Assembly: GCF_963921235.1 (NCBI RefSeq)
Contig: NC_086102.1
Coordinates: 44,144,001-44,208,000 of the forward strand
Reading direction: 5' to 3'
Source of the DNA: Mobula hypostoma
Taxonomy: Eukaryota
Length of the DNA stretch: 64,000 nt
Shown: positions 1 to 9,502 of the stretch, in pieces
How positions within the stretch are numbered: the first letter of the stretch is position 1
Layout of the letters: each line of letters begins with the position of its first letter
The notes under the pieces: generated by a model
What the model saw: only the letters and a program-made list of their open reading frames with translations
The model's database searches: none
What the model was told of the DNA's origin: nothing
Program-made: the position numbers and the translations under genes

Positions 1-292
1 AAGCCTGACGTCTCCCTCTCTCTGGATCCCAAGAACGAAGCCGCTGGGATTCAAACCCTGACTTGTGTGGCGGCGGGATTTTTCCCGAAAGATCTGAGTA
101 TTTCTTGGGCTGTAACGGGAGATGTCTCGTATGAAACAAAGGCGGGTCCGCTGTGGGTAAGCGAGGACCTTACCTACAGCCTGAGCTCCCGGCTGCGGGT
201 GAACGACTCTCGGCGGGAGTCAGTTCCCGTCGCCACCTGCCTGGTTCGTCACGTTACAGGGAATGTGAGGACAAGTTTCACTTTCAACCGAG
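1..292 (+). CDS. Ig C1-set domain exon of an unidentified membrane IgSF gene (exon start just outside the window)
   Basis: Frame 1 reads KPDVSLSLDPKNEAAGIQTLTCVAAGFFPKDLSISWAV...TYSLSSRLRV...VATCLVRHVTGNVRTSFTFNR: C1 hallmarks C-x3-GFFP, C-strand W, TYSxSSxL, CxVxH. Ends at a phase-1 donor AG|GTAGGT at 292/293. Confidence 0.88.
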
Positions 293-1214
293 GTAGGTGG
301 TTTACACAGGGAGTAAATCTCACAACCTGCTTCACCCAATTACGGGTGAAATTGGAAGTAAATTTTGTAAATTTATACAAACCATGGGGTGAACGCAATT
401 CGTTAATCTGAAAAGTAAAAGTGTGGGTAACGCCCTCAATATCTACAGTCTTTTATTGCAAAATCATTTATTTCAATATACTGAATTGATTTAAAAAAAC
501 TGGCGCTGTAATGTTATGGTAAAACAGGCAGAAGATACAGACAGGTTAAATAGAATAATTACAAGAGCGCAGGGTTCCAGTTAGGTAGATTATCGGACGA
601 AGACGATCATTTTTATTAGAAAATGGAAGGCCAACGATATGAAAAAAATGTTAACGATTAATTAAGAATTGTCCACTCATAAAGCAATGAAAGGAGTTAG
701 GACGGTTGCAGTAAGTCCGGACTCGGAGTTGCTGGAGCTGATTTGGAGGCAATTCCATGCAGCAGAACCAAGGCAGGGCGAAGTCGAGGAAGGATCCGAG
801 GCGAGCTTCGATCGATTTAAGAGCCGAACTGAATCGGAAAGGTCGTGCACTCCGTGATTTGTACGATTTAAGCATCGGGCCAGTTTGAATTAGTTTGTGT
901 GTGGGGGTCGGAAGCGAGGGGCGGGTCACCTCGGCTCAATACTCCGCGGGGTTTGCTGGTATCTGCGTGGCACGGAGGCGGTGGCCTGCAGTTCAGTGGT
1001 CTTCTGGATCGTCTGCAATGATGCCTGGCTTTGTAAACTTCAGTTCTCAGTGGTGTTCCCTTGCCTTTATTTTTTGCATTTTTTTTTCTCTCTCCCTGTA
1101 CACGAGATGTTTGACGGTCTTACTTTGTTTCTAATGGGTTCTGTTGGGGTTCTCTGCCTGTAAGGAGACGATTCTTAAGCTTGTATAAAGTATACATACT
1201 TTGAACTTTGAACA

Positions 1215-1455
1215 GGTATACCACTTTAGATACAATTGGCGTGGTTGACCGAGAAGAGGAAAGCCACCGTGGAAAACGAGTCAGTGGGTGTAAAAATAGG
1301 ATGATTTGGCAGGCAAAGGCGTGGCTGAGGAACTGGTGCAGGGGACAGGGGTTCAGATTCATGCATCATTGGGATCTCTTCTGTGGAAGGTACAAACTGT
1401 ACCCGAGGGGCTCCGATATCCTTGGGGGCAGGTTTGCTAGATTTGTTCGGGAGGT
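1215..1455 (+). mobile_element. CR1 LINE ORF1 (esterase region) fragment
   Basis: AWLRNWCRGQGFRFMHHWDLFCGR...LGGRFAR matches the CR1 ORF1 remnants elsewhere in the window (e.g. 57929-58138 minus). Confidence 0.6.
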
Positions 1456-1510
1456 AGAAAAAGATCTAGTGTTATCACTGTATATATAACAAAGCTCTCG
1501 CTCTAAGTAA

Positions 1511-2390
1511 TGTTACGAGAATACACATAAAATTAAGATGTTTGCTGGCCTGGGCTAGCATCAGTGGCATCAGCAGTTGGTCTGCCACCTGCCCTCAGGG
1601 GAAGGAGAGATAAGGAACAATGGAGCAGCGTCTGGAGATGTGTAATGAAGGGATGTGGGAGGAAGAGCTGTCTGGAGCGGCTCCCCGCTTTGAGCCCTGA
1701 ACTGTTTGAAGTGATGGACAGGCGATACCCCAGCAGGGGGATAAAAAGGGACAGGTTCGCTAAGACAGACACACACGCCACCCGAGGTAACGAGACCCTG
1801 GAAGCGGTGCGCTTCTCACGAGTGGGTGAGAAGTCCCAGACAACGACAAGGGTGGAAAGGTACGATCAGCGGGAACCCGGTGTGTGTCCGCCCTTGCCTG
1901 GGTGCCGGGTTCACTGCAGAGGATCGACCGCATCTGGAGGAGGGGTCACAGTCGGTGACCTCAGGTGACATCACCAAGGACCCGCCCAAAAGCTGTTTGT
2001 GAACCATCTCGCTGGTCTGTGAGCCATCTTGCTGGTCTGTGAGTGAAGCCGTTCTGAATGATGAGTTGTTCCTATTCTATCTCTCTCTTCCCCCACGTTG
2101 TCCACCGCCATGGCAACGATTACTGCGAACTGAACTACTAAACTGGACTGAACTTTGAGTCATTTTGAAATTGGTCATTTACCCCTAGACAACGATAGAG
2201 CTTGATTGATGCTGTTATCTTAATTCTGTGCACATGTGTGTTTATCATCACTGAACTGTTGCATTTATTATCCTTTCGATTACTGTGTTGCTTGTTTCTG
2301 TAATAAAACTTTCTTAGTTCTAGTACTCCAGACTCCAACTGAGTGATCCATTTCTGCTGGTTTGGCAACCCAGTTACGGGGTACGTAACA
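1511..2390 (+). repeat. 5' LTR
   Basis: TG...CA ends with 7-bp inverted termini; TATA-like GATAAAAA near 1740; AATAAA 2302-2307; only 4 substitutions seen versus the 3' LTR (1687, 1694, 1983, 1988). Confidence 0.95.
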
Positions 2391-2394
2391 TAAG

Positions 2395-2412
2395 TGGGGG
2401 CTCGTCCGGGAT
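2395..2412 (+). promoter_or_regulatory. Primer-binding site, tRNA-Pro
   Basis: TGGGGGCTCGTCCGGGAT is the 18-nt complement of the tRNA-Pro 3' end (same as the MLV PBS-Pro), 4 nt after the 5' LTR. Confidence 0.93.
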
Positions 2413-2488
2413 TTTGAACGCTAAATTTGGGACGGAGTAAATTGATTGGGTTAAAATTCCCGAAAGAAAGAAAAGACAAACAGCAGAA

Positions 2489-5401
2489 ATGGAGGTTAAG
2501 GAATTTATAAAGGCGCCGACCTTGGAGGCATTAGAGGATGCCAGGAAATCGGAATTGATAGCTGTGGCAAAACGGGTGAATCTTGCTAAGGTGAAGTCGA
2601 CAATGAGGAGAGAGGAGATACACAGAGCTATTGTAGAGCACTATGTATCTAAAGGTGTGTTTCCCCAAGGTGAGCTGGGGGAGGTGTCTATTGAAAAACC
2701 TGCTGGAGACGCGGTACAGGTACAGCTTGAAAAACTGAGACTCGAGCACGAGTTCCGGGTACGGCAGTTAGAAAGGCAGGAGAAAGAGAGAGAGTTAGAA
2801 AGGCAGGAGAAAGAGAGAGAGTTAGAAAGGCAGGAGAAAGAGAGAGAGTTAGAAAGGCAGGAGAAAGAGAGAGAGTTAGAAAGGCGGGAGAGAGAGAAAG
2901 AGGTAGAAAGGCAAGAGAGAGAAAGACAGTTGGAGAGAGAAGAGAGACAGAGGGAAAGGGAATTTGAGCTGGAGAAGTTAAAGATAAGGGCCGAGCAGGG
3001 GCTCGTGCCGAACCAAGGTGGAGGGTTCCGGGCGACCCAGGAGGTTAGGCTGGTTCCCCCATTTGACGATACCGATGTGGATCGGTACTTTCTCCACTTC
3101 GAAAAAGTAGCTATAAGTCAGGACTGGCCGAGGGATAAGTGGGTTGTTTTACTTCAGAGTGTACTGAAAGGGAAAGCCCAACAAGCTTACTCCGCTTTAT
3201 CCCCGGAAGATGCCCAGAAGTATGAGGTGGTGAAGGAGGCCATCCTCAGGACTTATGAGTTGGTCCCGGAGGCATACCGGCAGAGGTTCCGGAATGCGAG
3301 GAAGCGGTGGGACCGCACGTATTTGGAGTTTGCTCGCGAGATGCAAACATATTGTGAGCGTTGGTGCGCCTCGAAAGGGGTAGAGGGGGATTATGACAGA
3401 CTGCTGCAACTGGTTCTGATTGAGCAGTTTAAAGGTTGTGTCCCTGAGGGTATGAGACCCTACCTCGATGAGAAAGAGGCAGCCACGTTAGCCGCAACTG
3501 CTAAGTTAGCGGATGAGTATGCGTTGACGCATAAAATGAAGGTTGCCCCGAGTAAAGGCTACCAGAAGGGTAGTCAGGACGGCGGGGAGAGTCCACCGGA
3601 AAAGTCAGAAAGTAAGCCGGGGACTAGTGAAAAGGATAAGGTAGACCGGGAGCAGTCTGGTAGGAAGTCTCCTGGAGTCGTCTGTTATAATTGTGGGAAA
3701 GTCGGACACGTTGCGTCCAGGTGCTTTGCCCCAAGGAAGGAGACGGGGAAAGGAAAAGCGGAAATTTTGAATGGCTGTATTGAGCTGTTAAGCGAACCGC
3801 TAGGGAAGGACAGGTCTGAAAAAGTCCAGGAAGGGCGCGAGAGGTTTATCTCGGCCGGACTGGTGTCAGTGAAGGAGAGGTTAAAACCAGTTCCAGTGCG
3901 GATCTGGAGAGACACGGGAGCGTGTCAGTCACTAATACTGAAGAGTGTATTAGAGTTTAGCTCAGAGACCCAGATTGGGGAGGTAGAGGTCAAAGGTGTT
4001 GGGGAAGGGACAGAGTCAGTCCCTTTGCACCAGATACATTTACAGAGCAACCTGGTCTCTGGACTAGTCACGATCGGGGTGAGGTCCGAATTACCGATGA
4101 AAGACGTGGAAGTCTTGCTCGGTAATGACATCGCCGGAGGAATCGTGTTCCCAGTCGTGAGATTGACGGGTCAGCCTGCCAGCATGGAGGCCCCGCCCGC
4201 GATGGTGAATTTGGCTGAAACATTTCTGCCAACCTTGTATGAGACAGGGTGTAGTGAGATAAAAGGTAGTGAGGGAGCTGGGACGGACGTAGCAGTAGCC
4301 AGGAAAGAATTTGTGCAGACGCAGGAGCGAGACGAGGGGCTGATGGTTTTTGCCGAGACCGCTCTCTCTGACACAGCCTTGACAAGCTATTGTGCGGAGG
4401 AGGAAGTGCTAAGGAAGAAAGGGAAATCAAGTACAGCATCCGCAGATGAGGAGTGGGGGGTGGTGCAAAAGAGTTATGGGGATGAGGTTTTTAACATGGC
4501 CCACGAGGTACCCCCCGGTGGACATTTTGCGGTGCTGGAGGAAACAGTTGGTGGAATCATGAAAGAGATTTACCGGCTGCCCAGGGGGAAGAATGTTATT
4601 GATCATGACCGACGCGAACTGAGACGGTCACCGGCTTTTGATATGCTAACAAACCTAGTCGGTGTTAGCGTGGAAATCAATGAAGCTAGGGGCCCCTTGA
4701 TAAGAGGAAAAAACCATTTTGAAAAGATTAGGATGGGATCGGTCAGATGGGAGAAGGCTATTGTTTTGGCCAGGTCTACTGATAAGGTCTCTCCCTTAAT
4801 CCCCGAACAAAGCGAATCTTTAGAAGGAGTAATTAAACGACTCGCACCTATGTGTTTGATTGTCCCGAGGAAATGCAAAGAACTGGGACGTTGGGTTATG
4901 TCTGTTACAATAGGGCGGCCAAGTAAACAACACCCATATTTTTTGAGTAATTCAGTGACTAAAGGGCTGATGAACACAGAGGTGTGTATTGGCAATTTAA
5001 CACGGCTGTCTGAAGCCAGCTTGATAGTGAACCTTGGAAAAAATGAATTCGGCCACACGAATGTCACTTACCTGGGAATTGTGGTGACACAGGGGCAGCT
5101 GGCAGTGATGCAAGCTACAGTGCAGGCTATCGCTGACCTCCCAACCCCGACAGACAAGAGGGCCCTCAGAAGGCTTTTGGAGATGGTGGGGTACTGCAGG
5201 AAGTTTTGCAATAACTCTGCGGTCAATACCCGTCCCCCTCCTACTAAGCCCTTGCGAGGGAAAATTGAGTCGGAATGGGACGACCCTTGTTGTTGTGGTC
5301 CGGGACAAAACCAAATGAGAGGTTACATTGGTCGCAATTCATCAGTGTTTTTGGCCACTATGAAGTTTGCTGAGTTGGAGCCTGGTCTAAGGGATTATTA
5401 A
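2489..5401 (+). CDS. Gag(SCAN-like, CCHC)-protease-degenerate integrase/RT polyprotein, 970 aa
   Basis: SCAN-like capsid region (YELVPEAYRQRFR), zinc knuckle CYNCGKVGHVASRC, protease IWRDTGACQSLI, integrase Zn-finger remnant NMAHEVPPGGHF, RT remnants VNLGKNEFGHTNVTYLG and LPTPTDKRALRRLLEMVGYCRKF; no YxDD motif. Confidence 0.85.
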   Translation: MEVKEFIKAPTLEALEDARKSELIAVAKRVNLAKVKSTMRREEIHRAIVEHYVSKGVFPQGELGEVSIEKPAGDAVQVQLEKLRLEHEFRVRQLERQEKERELERQEKERELERQEKERELERQEKERELERREREKEVERQERERQLEREERQREREFELEKLKIRAEQGLVPNQGGGFRATQEVRLVPPFDDTDVDRYFLHFEKVAISQDWPRDKWVVLLQSVLKGKAQQAYSALSPEDAQKYEVVKEAILRTYELVPEAYRQRFRNARKRWDRTYLEFAREMQTYCERWCASKGVEGDYDRLLQLVLIEQFKGCVPEGMRPYLDEKEAATLAATAKLADEYALTHKMKVAPSKGYQKGSQDGGESPPEKSESKPGTSEKDKVDREQSGRKSPGVVCYNCGKVGHVASRCFAPRKETGKGKAEILNGCIELLSEPLGKDRSEKVQEGRERFISAGLVSVKERLKPVPVRIWRDTGACQSLILKSVLEFSSETQIGEVEVKGVGEGTESVPLHQIHLQSNLVSGLVTIGVRSELPMKDVEVLLGNDIAGGIVFPVVRLTGQPASMEAPPAMVNLAETFLPTLYETGCSEIKGSEGAGTDVAVARKEFVQTQERDEGLMVFAETALSDTALTSYCAEEEVLRKKGKSSTASADEEWGVVQKSYGDEVFNMAHEVPPGGHFAVLEETVGGIMKEIYRLPRGKNVIDHDRRELRRSPAFDMLTNLVGVSVEINEARGPLIRGKNHFEKIRMGSVRWEKAIVLARSTDKVSPLIPEQSESLEGVIKRLAPMCLIVPRKCKELGRWVMSVTIGRPSKQHPYFLSNSVTKGLMNTEVCIGNLTRLSEASLIVNLGKNEFGHTNVTYLGIVVTQGQLAVMQATVQAIADLPTPTDKRALRRLLEMVGYCRKFCNNSAVNTRPPPTKPLRGKIESEWDDPCCCGPGQNQMRGYIGRNSSVFLATMKFAELEPGLRDY
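2767..2901 (+). repeat. 27-bp coding tandem repeat (LERQEKERE)n
   Basis: GTTAGAAAGGCAGGAGAAAGAGAGAGA x4 perfect (2767-2874) plus one degenerate copy. Confidence 0.95.
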
Positions 5402-5561
5402 TAACACGTGTAAAAGGAACAGAAAATGTGATGACTGTCTGTCAAGGTGTTGACAATTTCAAATTCTCTGTATTAGCTAAATAACTGTTAAAGATGTATA
5501 TTGTGTATGTATCAGATAATGTAGTCATGTTTGTAATTTTTACCTCCCGGTAAAAATCCTT

Positions 5562-5573
5562 AAAGGGGGGAAG
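5562..5573 (+). promoter_or_regulatory. Polypurine tract
   Basis: AAAGGGGGGAAG immediately 5' of the 3' LTR. Confidence 0.9.
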
Positions 5574-6453
5574 TGTTACGAGAATACACATAAAATTAAG
5601 ATGTTTGCTGGCCTGGGCTAGCATCAGTGGCATCAGCAGTTGGTCTGCCACCTGCCCTCAGGGGAAGGAGAGATAAGGAACAATGGAGCAGCGTCTGGAG
5701 ATGTGTAATGAAGGGATGTGGGAGGAAGAGCTGTCTGGAGCGGCTCCCCCCTTTGAACCCTGAACTGTTTGAAGTGATGGACAGGCGATACCCCAGCAGG
5801 GGGATAAAAAGGGACAGGTTCGCTAAGACAGACACACACGCCACCCGAGGTAACGAGACCCTGGAAGCGGTGCGCTTCTCACGAGTGGGTGAGAAGTCCC
5901 AGACAACGACAAGGGTGGAAAGGTACGATCAGCGGGAACCCGGTGTGTGTCCGCCCTTGCCTGGGTGCCGGGTTCACTGCAGAGGATCGACCGCATCTGG
6001 AGGAGGGGTCACAGTCGGTGACCTCAGGTGACATCACCAAGGACCTGCCCGAAAGCTGTTTGTGAACCATCTCGCTGGTCTGTGAGCCATCTTGCTGGTC
6101 TGTGAGTGAAGCCGTTCTGAATGATGAGTTGTTCCTATTCTATCTCTCTCTTCCCCCACGTTGTCCACCGCCATGGCAACGATTACTGCGAACTGAACTA
6201 CTAAACTGGACTGAACTTTGAGTCATTTTGAAATTGGTCATTTACCCCTAGACAACGATAGAGCTTGATTGATGCTGTTATCTTAATTCTGTGCACATGT
6301 GTGTTTATCATCACTGAACTGTTGCATTTATTATCCTTTCGATTACTGTGTTGCTTGTTTCTGTAATAAAACTTTCTTAGTTCTAGTACTCCAGACTCCA
6401 ACTGAGTGATCCATTTCTGCTGGTTTGGCAACCCAGTTACGGGGTACGTAACA
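5574..6453 (+). repeat. 3' LTR
   Basis: 880-bp near-identical copy of 1511-2390. Confidence 0.95.
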
Positions 6454-6670
6454 GTAAGAACTGGAATTCGATTGTAAACAAGGTGGGGGAGCTGAAACCT
6501 GATTGGATGAAGACTTACCAGTCCGGAGGGTCGGACAACGGGGGTTTAAATACCACCGCACTCGACATGGCCAGGCATCATCCCTGAAGAAGATGGCGGA
6601 GTTTGACATTGAAACGTTAGTTATAATCGATACCCGGCTGGAAGTCCGAGAAGAGTTGATTTGTTCGGGA
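6454..6670 (+). mobile_element. Penelope-like 3' pseudo-LTR remnant (the target of the LTR element)
   Basis: GTAAGAACTGG... matches 18455-18660; the left flank 1490-1510 continues the same consensus. Confidence 0.75.
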
Positions 6671-6759
6671 GGGTTTAAACTAATTTGGCAGGGTGATGGG
6701 AACAGGAGTGATAGTTGTGACGATGAGGCAATTGGCTTACAAACAAAAGCAATGTGTAA

Positions 6760-8515
6760 TGAGACTCCTAGAAAGGAGGGGCTGATGAAATGGCAAAACT
6801 GCAGTCAACTGGATGAGTTGCAATGTAAAAGGGGAGAAAATTGAAAAGGGTGAATACAGTGCTGAAGTTGTAATATTTGAATGAGCGTAGTAAACGGAAT
6901 AAGGTAGGCAGGTGCACTGGTAGCACAGTTACAGATTGGCAGGTTTGATGTTGTAGGCATGACTGAATCATGGCTGAAAGCAGATAAAACTGGAAGGTTA
7001 ATGTCCAAGGATACACATTGTATCAAAACGACAGACAGGAGGGCAGAGGAGGCGGCATAGCTCCACTGGTAAAAACTTAAATCATTAGAAAGAGATGACG
7101 TTTGGACGAAAGGTATTGAATCATTGTGGGTAGAGCTAAGCCACTGCAGGGGTAAAAATACCCTGATGGGAGTTATATACACACCCCCAAATGGTACTAA
7201 GAATGCGGTCTGCCAATTATAACGGGAGCTAGGAAATGCATGTCAAAAAAGCAATGTTATATTAGTCATGGGGGATTTCAATATATAGGTAGATTGGGAA
7301 AATCAGGTTGGTGCTGGATTCCAGGAGGGTGAATTTCCAGAGCGCCTACAAGCTGTTTTTTTTTTAGAGCAGCTCAGCTAATGGTTGAGGCCACCAGGGA
7401 TCAGCTATTCTGGATTGGGTGTTGTGCAGTGAACCAGAATTGATTTGAGAGCTGAAGGTAAAAGAACCCTGAGTGGCAAGTGATCATAATATGATTGAAT
7501 TCACCCTGAATTTGAGAAGGAGAAGCTAAAGTCAGCTGTATCAGTATTACAGTGGAGTAAAAGGAATTACAGAGGCATGAGAGAGGAGTTGACCGGAATT
7601 GATTGGAAAAGAACACTGGCAGGGATGATGACATAGCAGCAATGTCTGGAATTTCTGGAAGCAATTCAGCAGGCACAGGATAAGTACATCCCAAAGAAGA
7701 AGGCCTATTCCAAAGGCAAGGTGACACAACCAGGGCAAACAAGAGAAGTCAAAGCCAACATAAAAGCCAAAGACAGGGAATGTAATAGAGCAAAAATTAG
7801 TAGGACGTTAGAGGACTGGGAAGCTTTTAAAAACCAACAGAAGGCAACTTCAAACATCACTAAGAAGGAAAAAATGGAATACTAAAATAAGCTGGCCAAT
7901 AATATTAAAGTTTCTTGAGATACATAAACTGTAAAAGACAAGTGTGAATAGATATTAGACCACTGGAAAATGATGCTATTGAGGTAGTAATGGGGGACAA
8001 GTAAATAGCAGACAAAGTATTTTGCATCTGTCTTCACTGTGGAAGACACCAGCAGTATGGTGGAAGTTCCAGAGCGTCAGGGGCCAGAAGTGTGTTGATT
8101 TGCCATTTATAAGGAGAAGATTATTGGGAAACTGAAAGGTGTGAAATTAAATAAGTCACCTGGACCAGATGGTGTACACCCTAGGGTTCTAAAAAAGGAG
8201 GCAGAAGAGATTGTGGAAGCATTAGTAATGACCTTTTAAGAATCACTAGTTTCTGGAATGGCCGGCTGGTGGCAGAGTGGCATCAGCACCGGACTGCGGA
8301 GTGAAGGCTCCCAAGTTCGAATCCAGCCAGTTCCCTTGCACGCTTTCCATCCGTGCTGGGTTGAGCATCAAACTAGCAACTGGGCCTTGTAAAAATAAGA
8401 AAGCCTGCTAAAAAAAATGCCGTCATGACGGCATCCTGATGACTCCACTTGGAGTTAAGGGCTTTCTTCTTCTTCTTCTTCAGTTTCTGGAATGGTTCCA
8501 GAAGACTGAAAAAGG
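6760..8515 (+). mobile_element. Degenerate CR1 LINE (endonuclease to RT N-terminus), interrupted by a SINE
   Basis: VVGMTESW / GVIYTPP / MGDFN endonuclease motifs and KSPGPDG-type RT start with many stops. Confidence 0.75.
8261..8481 (+). mobile_element. tRNA-derived SINE with (TTC)n tail
   Basis: A box TGGCAGAGTGG, B box GTTCGAATCC, TTC tail, 13-bp TSD AGTTTCTGGAATG (8248-8260, 8482-8494); second copy at 27581. Confidence 0.9.
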
Positions 8516-8517
8516 TG

Positions 8518-9000
8518 CAAATAGAAACATAGAAAACCTACAGCACAGTACAGGCCCTTCGGCCCACGAAGCTATGCTAAACATGTCCCTACCTTAGAAA
8601 TTACCTAGGGTTACCCATAGCCCTCTATTTTTCTGAGCTCCATGTACCTATCCAGGAGTCTCTTAAAAGACCCTATCGTATCTGCTTCCACCACCACTGC
8701 TGGCAGCCCATTTGACGCATTCATCACTCTCTGCATAAAAAACTTACCCCTGACATCACCTCTGTACCTACTTCCAAGCACCTTAAAACTGTGCTCTCTT
8801 GTGCTAGCCATTTTAGCCCTGGGAAAAATCCTCTGACTATCCACATGATCAATACCGCTCATCATCTTATACACCTCCATCAGGTCACCTCTCATCCTCC
8901 GCCACTCCAAGGAGAAAAGGCCGAGTTCATTCAGCCTATTCTCATAAGGCATGCTCCCCAACCCAGGCAACATCCTTGTAAATCTCCTCTGCACCCTTTC
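8518..9000 (-). mobile_element. CR1 3' end
   Basis: ORF 8611-9015 is the RT C-terminus (ERVQRRFTRMLPG...KFFMQRV); ATAGAAAC-type tail at about 8520. Confidence 0.9.
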
Positions 9001-9275
9001 TATGAGAGATGGCACTATGGCAAACTAGGAAACTTGACAATACTCTAACAATCTTTTTGAAAAATGAGATCTAGCACATACTAACTTACTGCTGTGCTGT
9101 GTGGCTTGCAGAGTAAAGACCACTTATTACTTACTAGGTTTGTAAACAGTCAACTATTAGCCTCAAAAACAGGAACAGCACTGACGCAGAAGCCTAGATA
9201 TTTACGAAGTCAGATGTTTGTTTTTCAAAATTAAAGCTTAGTTCTTCTGGATTTCTTCACAGCAAAGTCCTTGAT

Positions 9276-9502
9276 CACAAAATAATCTGCAGATGCTGGG
9301 GTCAAAGCAACACTCACAACACGCTGGAGGAACTCAGCAGGTCGGGTGAACCTACCAGCCTTCTCCTTCCCACCCTCCCCCCACCTTCTTTATAGGGCCT
9401 CTACAGTCCTGACGAAGGGTTCCGGCCCGAAACGTCGACCGATCTTTTCCAGGGATGCTGCCCGACCTGCTGAGTTTCTCCAGCGTGTTGTGAGTGTTGC
9501 AG
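9276..9502. mobile_element. Short Penelope-type retroelement with inverted arms and a hammerhead motif
   Basis: 40-bp inverted repeats 9307-9346 and 9461-9500; TSD AGTCCTTGAT (9266-9275, 9503-9512); removing it restores the hAT reading frame. Confidence 0.8.
9404..9441 (+). ncRNA. Minimal type-I hammerhead ribozyme motif
   Basis: CAGTC-CTGACGA-A-GGG(TTCCGG)CCC-GAAAC-GTC-GACCG: full catalytic core, GUC cleavage triplet, stem I 4/5 paired, palindromic ACGT stem III. Confidence 0.7.

Larger units (their letters stand above)
1511..6453 (+). mobile_element. Gypsy (Gmr1-like) LTR retrotransposon with both LTRs, pol defective
   Basis: Two 880-bp LTRs (TGTTACG...CGTAACA), 4-bp TSD GTAA (1507-1510, 6454-6457), tRNA-Pro PBS, PPT, one 970-aa ORF. 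Confidence 0.95.

Noticed and set aside
293-411. C-terminal extension of ORF 67-411
   Set aside because: It is read-through past a good GT donor at 293; the extension has no domain features.
1564-1968. 134-aa ORF duplicated in both LTRs
   Set aside because: It lies inside the LTR, has no recognisable domain, and is duplicated only because the LTR is.
1687-1988. Clustered LTR differences as evidence of gene conversion
   Set aside because: The 1983/1988 pair are both simple CpG transitions; four sites are too few to infer more.
8261-8335. tRNA gene
   Set aside because: A/B boxes are followed by a SINE body, TTC tail and TSD; it is a SINE head (also 27581 and 48660).
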